A stretch of DNA of 53,098 bases from Patescibacteria group bacterium UBA1370 (GTDB taxonomy: Bacteria; Patescibacteriota; Microgenomatia; UBA1400; PJMF01). Position 1 is the first letter of the stretch; each line of letters opens with the position of its first letter. Under the pieces are notes generated by a model. It was given only the letters and a program-made list of their open reading frames with translations. It did not search any database and had not been told where the DNA came from. Below are positions 10,395 through 18,616 of the stretch, piece by piece. Location: NCBI GenBank assembly GCA_002306315.1, contig DBRK01000035.1:1-53098 (forward strand), given 5' to 3'. The position numbers and the translations under genes are program-made.

Positions 10395-11860
10395 AAAAGT
10401 TTTTAGCCCAGTACGGCTTGATCTCACTGATCGTGGCGGCAGCATTTATTGTTAGGCTGTACCGTATTCACTACCCTTTGCTGGACTGGCATAGTTTCCG
10501 GCAGGCAGATACTGCTTCCGTAACTCGAGAATACGTAAAAAACGGCATTGATCTGTTCAGGCCAACTTATCATGACATCTCCAGCCACCAAAGCGGCCTG
10601 GATAATCCCAGCGGCTACCGGATGGTGGAATTTCCAATTATTAATGGCTTGACGGCGCTGATTTTGAGAACATTCCCGGCTTTGCCGTTGGTGCCGACCA
10701 TTCGTATGTTGTCCATCATCTTTTCTATGGGTACTTTATTGTCTATTTTTTGCTTGGCAAAATCTCTGTCAGGCAAAAAGGTTGCCCATCTAGCTACTCT
10801 AACTTTTGCTCTGCTGCCTTATTCGATTTACTACACCAGGACTATTTTGCCAGAGATACCGTTGATATTTTTCTCGACTTTTTCCTTGGCAGCTTTTGTT
10901 AGCTGGCTGCGAAATAATGACGGGCGATGGTATATCCTGTCGGTATTAAGCCTAGCCCTGGCATTCCTGCTAAAACCATTTGTCGGCTTTTTGGCTCCGG
11001 TATATTTAGTATTGGTTTGGCAAAAGCAGGGCAGAAGAGCCTTGTTCAATATCCGTTATTATCTCTACGTGCTTATTGCGGTAGCACCCTTGGTGGCCTG
11101 GAGATACTGGATTACTCAATTTCCAGAGGGCATTCCGGCCTCTAAATGGCTGTTAAATGGCAACGGCATTCGTCTGCGCCCCGCTTGGTTTAGATGGCTC
11201 GGATATGAGCGTCTCACCAAATTGATGCTGGGTTACACAGGCATCGTATTCATACCAGCTGCTTTTGATCGAGTTGCCAAAGACACCTGGGTTTACCTTT
11301 CGTGGTGGCTGGGAATTGGCTTATACTTCATCGTCATCGCTACAGGAAATGTTCAGCACGATTATTACCAGATCCTGGCTTTGCCAATCCTCAGCATCAC
11401 GGTTGGCAAAGGAGTGCTCAATGCATATGAAATTGTCAAAAACAACTGGGGAAAACTAAAGGACAACCTTAAAATATACGGCCATCCGCTTTCTTTGGTC
11501 ACAATAGCCTGCATCTATGCTGTCATGCTGATACTAGCCTGGCAGCAAGTTAAAGGCTTTTTCAATGTGAACAATTGGGAATATGTCAGGGCCGGACAAG
11601 TAGTCGCTCAACGCACACCAGAAGATGCCAAAATAATCGCCCCCCTGATGTCAAACACAGCGTTTCTCTTTCAAACTGAGCGCAAAGGTTGGCCGATCGG
11701 CGGGGATATTGAAGAAAAAATCGAAAAGGGTGCCACGCATTACGTCACCACCATCAGAGACAAGGAAGCGCAGGAACTGGCAAGAAAGTACTTAATCCTT
11801 GAGCAAACAGATGAATATTTGATCATTGATCTGACCAAGAGGCGAGAGGAAACACCATGA
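10391..11860 (+). CDS. GT-C fold membrane glycosyltransferase (ArnT/PMT family, GT39/GT83-like)
   Basis: MKKFLAQYGLISLIVAAAFIVRLYRIHYPLLDWHSFRQADTASVTREY is a typical first TM plus periplasmic loop for this family. ATG 10391 overlaps the upstream stop (ATGA). The track start at 10280 lies inside the upstream gene. Confidence 0.6.
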   Translation: MKKFLAQYGLISLIVAAAFIVRLYRIHYPLLDWHSFRQADTASVTREYVKNGIDLFRPTYHDISSHQSGLDNPSGYRMVEFPIINGLTALILRTFPALPLVPTIRMLSIIFSMGTLLSIFCLAKSLSGKKVAHLATLTFALLPYSIYYTRTILPEIPLIFFSTFSLAAFVSWLRNNDGRWYILSVLSLALAFLLKPFVGFLAPVYLVLVWQKQGRRALFNIRYYLYVLIAVAPLVAWRYWITQFPEGIPASKWLLNGNGIRLRPAWFRWLGYERLTKLMLGYTGIVFIPAAFDRVAKDTWVYLSWWLGIGLYFIVIATGNVQHDYYQILALPILSITVGKGVLNAYEIVKNNWGKLKDNLKIYGHPLSLVTIACIYAVMLILAWQQVKGFFNVNNWEYVRAGQVVAQRTPEDAKIIAPLMSNTAFLFQTERKGWPIGGDIEEKIEKGATHYVTTIRDKEAQELARKYLILEQTDEYLIIDLTKRREETP

Positions 11861-13047
11861 AAGTCCTGATGTTGACCCCCTACCTGCCATATCCTCTCTT
11901 GTCTGGTGGTCAGATCCGTACTTACAACCTGCTGAAAAAGCTTTCCAAGCATCACGAGATTACTCTCTTTGCTCTCATAAAGGAAGAGGAGGAGAAGCAA
12001 TATATTCCCGAGCTGGAAAAGTATTGCGCTTCTGTCAGGGTCTTTAAACGTTCCAGCAAACCTTTTACCTTGGGCAATATTGTGAAAACTGGTTTTTCAC
12101 GCTACCCATTTTTGGTGATGCGCAACTATGTGCCAGGAGCCGTCAGGGCAATTCGGGAGGAGTTGGACAAGGGAAAGTACGACCTCATTCACGCTGAAAC
12201 CTTTTACATGATGCCACACATCCCGGCCTCTCCAATCCCGGTGATTTTAGTTGAGCAAACAATTGAATACCTGGGATATGAAAGTTTTGCCTCAAGAGCT
12301 AATCTCCTGCTTAAACCTCTCCTTTACTATGACATCAAGAAAATCCGCCGTTGGGAGACTCATTACTGGAATCTGTGCCACACTCTGATTGCTATGAGTG
12401 AAGATGATCGCCGTTATTTGGCGGCTCGCGTCAATGACCCTGACAAAGTCAAAGTTGTCGAAAACGGTGTCGATACCGACTGGTTCATGCAAAAACAGCG
12501 CCAAGAAACAGACAAACCAACTCTGCTGTCCGTGGGTACTTTCAAATGGCTGCCCAACGTAGAAGCAGTTGACTTTTTAGTACAAAAAATCTGGGGATTG
12601 GTCAAAGAAAAACTTCCAGATGCCAGGCTGCTTATCGTCGGCAACGCCCCAACCAAAAAAGTTCTGGGCTACCAGAACTCCGACAGCAGTATTCAGGTTT
12701 TAGGCAGGGTTGATGACATTCGTGATTACTTTAGCCAAGCCCATGTCTTAGTGGCACCAGTATTTAGCGGCAAGGGCACTCGCTATAAGATACTGGAAGC
12801 TATGGCTTCAGGCACACCGGTTGTTGCCACCAGTGTGGCCGTGGAAGGCTTGGGTGTTAAAGGCGGCAAACATGTTTTGATCAGCGATACCGCCCAGGGA
12901 ATGGCAGACGCAATTGTGCAACTGATTAGCGACAGCAGCAAACGCCGTCAACTTGCGGAATCCGGACGTGAGTTTGTCCGCAAAAACTACGATTGGTCTC
13001 TGATTTCCAAAAAACTTGATACAATTTACCAGAGCATCAATCGCTAG
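11857..13047 (+). CDS. glycosyltransferase family 4
   Basis: MKVLMLTPYLPYPLLSGGQIR N-terminus and GTRYKILEAMASGTPVVAT C-terminal motif. Confidence 0.8.
   Translation: MKVLMLTPYLPYPLLSGGQIRTYNLLKKLSKHHEITLFALIKEEEEKQYIPELEKYCASVRVFKRSSKPFTLGNIVKTGFSRYPFLVMRNYVPGAVRAIREELDKGKYDLIHAETFYMMPHIPASPIPVILVEQTIEYLGYESFASRANLLLKPLLYYDIKKIRRWETHYWNLCHTLIAMSEDDRRYLAARVNDPDKVKVVENGVDTDWFMQKQRQETDKPTLLSVGTFKWLPNVEAVDFLVQKIWGLVKEKLPDARLLIVGNAPTKKVLGYQNSDSSIQVLGRVDDIRDYFSQAHVLVAPVFSGKGTRYKILEAMASGTPVVATSVAVEGLGVKGGKHVLISDTAQGMADAIVQLISDSSKRRQLAESGREFVRKNYDWSLISKKLDTIYQSINR
12082..12100. repeat. perfect palindrome GTGAAAA-ctggt-TTTTCAC (site B), intragenic
   Basis: Read directly: 12082-12088 GTGAAAA and 12094-12100 TTTTCAC. 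Confidence 0.6.
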
Positions 13048-13060
13048 ATGGGCTGCAAAT

Positions 13061-13933
13061 ATGAGTAATATCGATTTGGAAATTATCATTACCACCTTTA
13101 ACAGCGAATTTTGGCTGAAAAAAACCTTGTCCACACTGAAGCAATACTACCTGGACAAAACCAGGCTTAATGTCAAAGTCACAGTTGTAGACAACAATTC
13201 CGAGGACAACACTCTAACCATGATTCGCCGGTCATTCCGCTGGGTCGACCTGATTGAGCTCAGCGATAATCATGGCTTTGCTTTTGCTAACAATCGGGCT
13301 TTAGAAAAAACTTCAGCCCGCTATATCATGCTCCTCAACTCAGATGTCGAGTTCAACCAACATTCCAACCTGGACGAGTTAATTAATTATCTGGAAAAGC
13401 ATCCGCGGGTTGGAATCATCTCACCGCGTGTGGAGTTTACTGATGGCACCATTGACCCAGCCTGCCATCGAGGCGAACCCACTCTGTGGGCTAGCGCCAC
13501 TTACTTTGCCAATCTCGAATATTGGTTTCCTGAAAGCCAGCTTTTTGGCCAGTATCACCAATACTACAAAGACCTAAACTCCATCCACACCGTTGATGCC
13601 GTCTCCGGCGCGGCTCTGGTTGCCCGCAAAGAAGCTATTGATGAGGTGGGTCTGTTGGATGAACAGTTCTTCATGTATGCCGAAGACTTGGATTGGTGTA
13701 AGCGCTTCCGGGAAAAAGGCTGGGAAGTTGTCTACAATCCAGAGGTCAGACTGATTCATCATAAAAATAAATCAGGCATCAAAAGTTCGTCACAGAAAAT
13801 AGCTAAAAAAACCAGAAAACATTTTTATATCACCATGTTACAATATTATGATAAGCATTATAAAAATCTATATCCTCAGTTCCTGAGGAATTTAGTCAGG
13901 TACATATTAATTGCTAAAAAAGGAGCGATCTAA
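13061..13933 (+). CDS. glycosyltransferase family 2
   Basis: MSNIDLEIIITTFNS, VVDNNSEDNT, NHGFAFANNRA and LLNSDV motifs. ATG 13061 is preferred over the overlapping upstream track start at 13016. Confidence 0.75.
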   Translation: MSNIDLEIIITTFNSEFWLKKTLSTLKQYYLDKTRLNVKVTVVDNNSEDNTLTMIRRSFRWVDLIELSDNHGFAFANNRALEKTSARYIMLLNSDVEFNQHSNLDELINYLEKHPRVGIISPRVEFTDGTIDPACHRGEPTLWASATYFANLEYWFPESQLFGQYHQYYKDLNSIHTVDAVSGAALVARKEAIDEVGLLDEQFFMYAEDLDWCKRFREKGWEVVYNPEVRLIHHKNKSGIKSSSQKIAKKTRKHFYITMLQYYDKHYKNLYPQFLRNLVRYILIAKKGAI

Positions 13934-14412
13934 TGCACTCACCTCTCCAATTTGAAATTGAACAACTGAGAATGAGAAACTTGGTTGACGCAGTTATGAG
14001 CATTCTCGGATTCTTCGCCGCCATATTTGCCACCGCTATTCTGCCCACACTTTTGGTTCAATATGTGATTCCTCAGGAACAGCTTCTTCAGGATCCTTTG
14101 ATCCTGCAGCTTATTCCTGTTATCAGCTTCGTTGCCGCCTTCGGATACTTTCTATACACCGTGATCATGAATATCATCCGTTCCCGTCGTGCTGCGGCTC
14201 TTGAATCAGAGCTGCGCAGCTACAATCGGCTGACTGATGATGGTGACATGATAAGTGAAGCAGAATTGGCAGAGCTTGAGACCATTGTCGAAGATGCGCT
14301 CAAACGTAAACCGGCCGCTAAAAAGTCGACACGCGCTACTACAGCCCGCAAGACCACCAAAGCGGCCAGCCGCAAGAAGCCAGCTACTAAACGCAAAACC
14401 AGCAAAAAATAA
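13933..14412 (+). CDS. hypothetical two-TM membrane protein with an acidic helix and a Lys/Ala/Thr-rich basic tail
   Basis: AGGAG Shine-Dalgarno, two hydrophobic segments and a C-terminal KRKPAAKKSTRATTARKTTKAASRKKPATKRKTSKK. Confidence 0.5.
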   Translation: MHSPLQFEIEQLRMRNLVDAVMSILGFFAAIFATAILPTLLVQYVIPQEQLLQDPLILQLIPVISFVAAFGYFLYTVIMNIIRSRRAAALESELRSYNRLTDDGDMISEAELAELETIVEDALKRKPAAKKSTRATTARKTTKAASRKKPATKRKTSKK

Positions 14413-14433
14413 GTGTTCGTCAATTTGTCCGCT

Positions 14434-14460
14434 ACAGCCAGAGCTTTCCGCTCTGGCTGT
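14434..14460 (+). terminator. hairpin (11-bp stem ACAGCCAGAGC/GCTCTGGCTGT, 5-nt loop) after the stop; weak T tract
   Basis: Perfect inverted repeat read directly. No clear U-run follows, so terminator function is uncertain. Confidence 0.3.
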
Positions 14461-14467
14461 AATGGTT

Positions 14468-14473
14468 TATGAT
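14468..14473 (+). promoter_or_regulatory. -10-like TATGAT, 7 nt before ATG 14481 (leaderless geometry)
   Basis: TATGAT-tagtaat-ATG read directly, downstream of the 14434-14460 hairpin. Confidence 0.3.
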
Positions 14474-14480
14474 TAGTAAT

Positions 14481-15581
14481 ATGAAAATCGGCCTTGATTG
14501 CCGACTGGCCGGCACTAAACACGCCGGTATCGGTCGTTATATTGCCAATTTATTGCAGGAACTAATCAAAGATTCGGACGTCAACTGGGTTTTGTTTTTT
14601 CATGATCGAGAACAGGTCGAAGAGGTGTTGGGAAAGGATACCAAAAAGCAAAACATCAAGCTCATCATAGCCCCGGTTCGCCATTACACCCTGGCGGAAC
14701 AACTGAAGATGCCGGCAATCTTTGCCAAAGAGAAACTTGATCTATTGCATGTGCCTCATTTCAATGTACCGATTTTTTATCCCGGCAAGCTGGCAGTGAC
14801 CATTCATGATCTCCTCTGGCATCATCATCGCGGCCAATCAGTAACCACCCTGCCTCCTTGGCAGTACTGGCTTAAATATGGTTTTTATCGATTGGTGACC
14901 GGAGTGGCAGTTCAGAAAGCAAAACGCATCTTTGTGCCTGCAGAAACCATCAAGGATACGGTTTCCCACTACTATCCCCGAGCAAAAAACAAAATTATTG
15001 TTACCAGAGAAGGGGTGGAGCCAGTATTTCGAAATAAAACCCTGTTAGCGACTTCAAAAAAACCGGCCAAAAATCTTCTTTTTGTCGGTTCTCTTTACCC
15101 GCACAAAAATGTCAGGCTGATCATCACCGCCCTCAAGCTTCTGCCCGAATACACTTTGACAATTGTTGGCACCAGGTCTGCTTTTGCCGATGAAGTCAAA
15201 AAATTTGTAGCCAAAAGAGGATTGGCTGACCGGGTGAAATTCGCCGGCCGGCTGACTGACAACGAGCTGGCAAAGGCATACTCAACTGCATTTGCGCTGG
15301 TTCAACCGTCATTTTCCGAAGGATTTGGCTTGACGGGAGTAGAAGCGATGGCGTCTGGTGCCCCAGTGCTGGCGTCTGATATTCCTATCTTTAGAGAAAT
15401 CTACCAAGATGCTGCCTTGTTTTTTGATCCTTATAGCGCCCAAGCTTTTGTGGCTGCAGTCAAAAAATTAGAGTCTTCCAATAGGGAAAAATTCATTTCC
15501 CGGGGCAGAGCAGTCAGTGCTCAATATGACTGGCAACACACCGCTCAATTAACAGCCGCTGCCTACAGGGAGCTTGTCTAA
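14481..15581 (+). CDS. glycosyltransferase family 4
   Basis: MKIGLDCRLAG start and SEGFGLTGVEAMASGAPVLASD motif. An alternative ATG at 14469 is in frame. Confidence 0.8.
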   Translation: MKIGLDCRLAGTKHAGIGRYIANLLQELIKDSDVNWVLFFHDREQVEEVLGKDTKKQNIKLIIAPVRHYTLAEQLKMPAIFAKEKLDLLHVPHFNVPIFYPGKLAVTIHDLLWHHHRGQSVTTLPPWQYWLKYGFYRLVTGVAVQKAKRIFVPAETIKDTVSHYYPRAKNKIIVTREGVEPVFRNKTLLATSKKPAKNLLFVGSLYPHKNVRLIITALKLLPEYTLTIVGTRSAFADEVKKFVAKRGLADRVKFAGRLTDNELAKAYSTAFALVQPSFSEGFGLTGVEAMASGAPVLASDIPIFREIYQDAALFFDPYSAQAFVAAVKKLESSNREKFISRGRAVSAQYDWQHTAQLTAAAYRELV

Positions 15582-15600
15582 CAGTAATCGATTGCCGCTC

Positions 15601-16794
15601 ATGAACTTGAACTCGCTGAAAATTGCCTTGATTTATGACAAAGTCAACACGCCTTTTGGCGGGGCAGAACATGTTTTAGCAGCCTTGCACCAAGCATTCC
15701 CAAACGCTCCGCTTTTTACCTCTATCTATGAGCCTGTACATGCAGAATGGGCTAGGGATTTTGCGGTAATGAGCTCTTTTTTGAACAAGATGCCTTTTTT
15801 TCGAAGCAAGCATCAAATATTGCTTCCTCTGATGCCGCTGGCGTTTGAGTCATTTAATCTTGATGATTACGATGTCATTATCTCAGTGACGGCGGGGGAG
15901 GCAAAAGGGGTACTGACCAAACCTCACCAATTGCACATTTGCTATTTACTCACGCCTCCCAGATATCTTTACACGCACCAGGAGGAGTATTTACAATCTT
16001 ATCGATTTGCCAAATTGCCGATCTTCAGGCAGATCGCCAAACTCTGGTTGAGATACCTGAAGTGGTGGGATGAAGCAGCTGGATTTCGTCCTGACTTTAT
16101 TATTCCTATCTCCGGATTGGTAAAAGCCCGAGCTGAAAAGATTTATGGAAGAGCAATTGAAGAGCCGCTTTATCCGCCGGTTCCGTCGATGCCGGACAAT
16201 AACACAACTTTGCCTGTAGAGGGGTGCCTGCTGAGCGCTTCCAGGTTAGTTCCCTACAAACGATTAGATCTCAGTATTGCTGCCTGCAAAAAGCTAGGCC
16301 TGACCCTGGTGGTCACCGGGGATGGAGCAGCCCGGCCAAGCCTCCTCAAAGCCGCCGGTCGGGTAGGAATCAGCAGAATTCCTGGGGAACCGTTGGGTGA
16401 CTTTTTGGTCCGGGCTGCCGCAAACCACAAAACTATTCTTTTTGCCAACAAATGCACTGAAAATGAACTGGCCGCGCTTTTTAGAACCTGTAGAGCTTTG
16501 CTCATGCCCGGAGTTGAAGATTTTGGGATCACTGCCATGCAGGCTGCGGCGGTCGGTCTGCCGGTAATCATGGCCAAAAAGAGCGGTGCGGCCGAACTTT
16601 TACACAACAATAAACAAGCATTCTTTTTGAACACTGTCTCTGAAAAAGCCCTGATCGAGGCAATCAAGCAACTGCCTCACACGCGTCCGCCTTACAGGAA
16701 GCAGCCCAAATCCGATGTTTTTACTACCCAATTTGCCAAAAAAGTGTATGATTTGTTCATATCACATCAAGATTTGATAGCGAAAGGGACCTGA
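15601..16794 (+). CDS. glycosyltransferase family 4-like
   Basis: LKIALIYDKVNTPFGGAEHV N-terminus and VEDFGITAMQAAAVGLPVI C-terminal motif. The track start at 15574 is TTG and overlaps the upstream gene, so ATG 15601 is preferred. Confidence 0.7.
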   Translation: MNLNSLKIALIYDKVNTPFGGAEHVLAALHQAFPNAPLFTSIYEPVHAEWARDFAVMSSFLNKMPFFRSKHQILLPLMPLAFESFNLDDYDVIISVTAGEAKGVLTKPHQLHICYLLTPPRYLYTHQEEYLQSYRFAKLPIFRQIAKLWLRYLKWWDEAAGFRPDFIIPISGLVKARAEKIYGRAIEEPLYPPVPSMPDNNTTLPVEGCLLSASRLVPYKRLDLSIAACKKLGLTLVVTGDGAARPSLLKAAGRVGISRIPGEPLGDFLVRAAANHKTILFANKCTENELAALFRTCRALLMPGVEDFGITAMQAAAVGLPVIMAKKSGAAELLHNNKQAFFLNTVSEKALIEAIKQLPHTRPPYRKQPKSDVFTTQFAKKVYDLFISHQDLIAKGT

Positions 16795-17897
16795 TGAGCT
16801 TCCTTGACCATACATACGCAATTGTCCTAGCCGGAGGCGGCGGCACTCGTCTTTGGCCAAAATCACGCAAACAGTCGCCAAAACAGTTTTTACGCTTGAT
16901 AGGCAAAGATACCTTGCTCCAGGTAACCGTATCTAGAATCAATAAGCTTGTCCCCTCCGAGCGGATTATTATCGTTACCAACCAACTTTATCGTGATGAG
17001 GTAGTCAGCCTACTGCCAGAGGTGCCGAGCGATAACATTATCGCCGAACCGGAAAAGCGCGATACTGCACTTGCCATGCTGACTGGCGCGCTCTATGCCC
17101 GAAGCAAAGATCCTGAGGCAGTGGTCATCAACTGCGCCAGCGACCACGTGGTCACTAATGAGTCTGAATTCATCCGGGTAATGAAAGCAGCCGCCGAGGT
17201 AGCCAATGACAACGACTATCTGGTGGCAGTGGGCATTACCCCAACCTTTCCGTCCACAGGTTTTGGCTATATCAAAATCGGCGATGACCTGAAAAAACTT
17301 GACCGAGGCCTTTCACTCTTCAAAGTCGAAAGCTTCACTGAAAAACCTAATGAGGCAACGGCCAGAGCTTTCATCTCCACCGGCAAGTACTTCTGGAACG
17401 CTAATATGTACGTCTGGAGAGCTAAAGTTCTAGTTGAAGCGTTCCAAAAACATCATCCGGAGCTGTTGGAATCAGCCAACAAATTGCTCGACCTCAAAGG
17501 TGAGGACTTCATCGGCCATCTTCCTGACGTCTACAAGGACGCCCAAGCTATTTCGATTGACTATGCTATTTCAGAAAAAGCAGACAACCTGGTGCTCATT
17601 CCGGGCGACTTTGGCTGGAATGACGTCGGTGATTGGAGGGTGGTCTATGACCTGGAAACCAAGGATTTGTCGGGAAATGTGGTCCTTGGCGAGGGCTCAG
17701 AGGTGCACGCGCTTTCTATCGAATCCCACAACAATCTTATTCATACCAATGGCAGATTGGTGGCGCTGGTAGGCATCAATGACCTGGTCGTCATCGACAC
17801 CGATGAAATCCTGATGATTTGCCCGAAAAATAAAACTCAGGAAGTAAAACGCCTGGTTGATAGACTTAAGGAAGAAAAGAGACAAGAATACCTCTGA
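16794..17897 (+). CDS. manC: mannose-1-phosphate guanylyltransferase (NTP-transferase domain only, no C-terminal cupin)
   Basis: AIVLAGGGGTRLWPKSR signature and FGYIK. Length 367 aa. Confidence 0.8.
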   Translation: MSFLDHTYAIVLAGGGGTRLWPKSRKQSPKQFLRLIGKDTLLQVTVSRINKLVPSERIIIVTNQLYRDEVVSLLPEVPSDNIIAEPEKRDTALAMLTGALYARSKDPEAVVINCASDHVVTNESEFIRVMKAAAEVANDNDYLVAVGITPTFPSTGFGYIKIGDDLKKLDRGLSLFKVESFTEKPNEATARAFISTGKYFWNANMYVWRAKVLVEAFQKHHPELLESANKLLDLKGEDFIGHLPDVYKDAQAISIDYAISEKADNLVLIPGDFGWNDVGDWRVVYDLETKDLSGNVVLGEGSEVHALSIESHNNLIHTNGRLVALVGINDLVVIDTDEILMICPKNKTQEVKRLVDRLKEEKRQEYL

Positions 17898-17903
17898 GCG
17901 CTA

Positions 17904-17912
17904 TGGTATATT
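17904..17912 (+). promoter_or_regulatory. extended -10 TGgTATATT upstream of the sugar transferase gene
   Basis: Read directly. It is 27 nt before ATG 17940, and the short leader contains GTTTTCAC (17921-17928). Confidence 0.35.
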
Positions 17913-17939
17913 GAACTCTAGTTTTCACAAGCAACTACC

Positions 17940-18560
17940 ATGAATTACGACCAGCAAAAACGACTTCTAGATATTTTTGTGGCCAGTATCCTCTTTGTCC
18001 TTTTCCTGCCTATCTGGATTATTGTGCCGATCTTGATTTATTTTGATTCCGGCTTGCCAATTATTTTTAAGCATAAGCGAGTAGGCAAGGACGGCAAGGA
18101 GTTTTATCTCTTCAAATTCCGGTCCATGGTTAGGGATGCTGACGATCTTCTCCACAAACACGACAAGAAATTGTTGAAGAAATTTAAAGAAAACGACTGG
18201 AAAATCGAGAATGATCCGCGTATTACCAGGCTTGGCAAAGCCCTGCGCTCCCTGACTATCGATGAGTTCCCGCAGCTTTATAATGTCCTGATTGGGGAGA
18301 TGAGCATGGTCGGGCCGCGGGCTTACGTTAAAAAAGAATTAGAAGAACAGACTCGCAAATATCCAGAAACCAGAGGATTCGTCGACGCCATAAAATCTGT
18401 CAAACCCGGCATCACCGGCCCCTGGCAAACCAGTGGCCGCAATGAAATTCCTTTTGCGCAACGTGCAGCCATGGACGCTGATTACGCAGCTAACAGATCA
18501 ATCTGGAAAGATATTCAGATCCTCCTGAAGACACCCAAAGCTATGATCTCCAAGTGGTAA
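17940..18560 (+). CDS. polyprenyl-phosphate sugar-1-phosphate transferase (Bac_transf family, small WbaP/EpsL-like)
   Basis: One N-terminal TM, then DEFPQLYNVLIGEMSMVGPRA and PGITGPWQ motifs. Confidence 0.8.
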   Translation: MNYDQQKRLLDIFVASILFVLFLPIWIIVPILIYFDSGLPIIFKHKRVGKDGKEFYLFKFRSMVRDADDLLHKHDKKLLKKFKENDWKIENDPRITRLGKALRSLTIDEFPQLYNVLIGEMSMVGPRAYVKKELEEQTRKYPETRGFVDAIKSVKPGITGPWQTSGRNEIPFAQRAAMDADYAANRSIWKDIQILLKTPKAMISKW

Positions 18561-18598
18561 ACATTCTCAATTGGTCGTTCACGCAGCTATGCTAATTT

Positions 18599-18607
18599 TG
18601 GTATACT
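18599..18607 (+). promoter_or_regulatory. extended -10 TGgTATACT, 9 nt before ATG 18617
   Basis: Read directly. Confidence 0.4.
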
Positions 18608-18616
18608 AATTCTCTC

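Noticed and set aside
12187-12200. parS-like strings: ATTCACGCTGAAAC (12187-12200) and CACGTGAA (48129-48136)
   Set aside because: The first needs a 1-nt insertion relative to parS and the second matches only the 8-bp core. Both score about 9 of 16 against TGTTNCACGTGAAACA, below what functional parS sites usually show.
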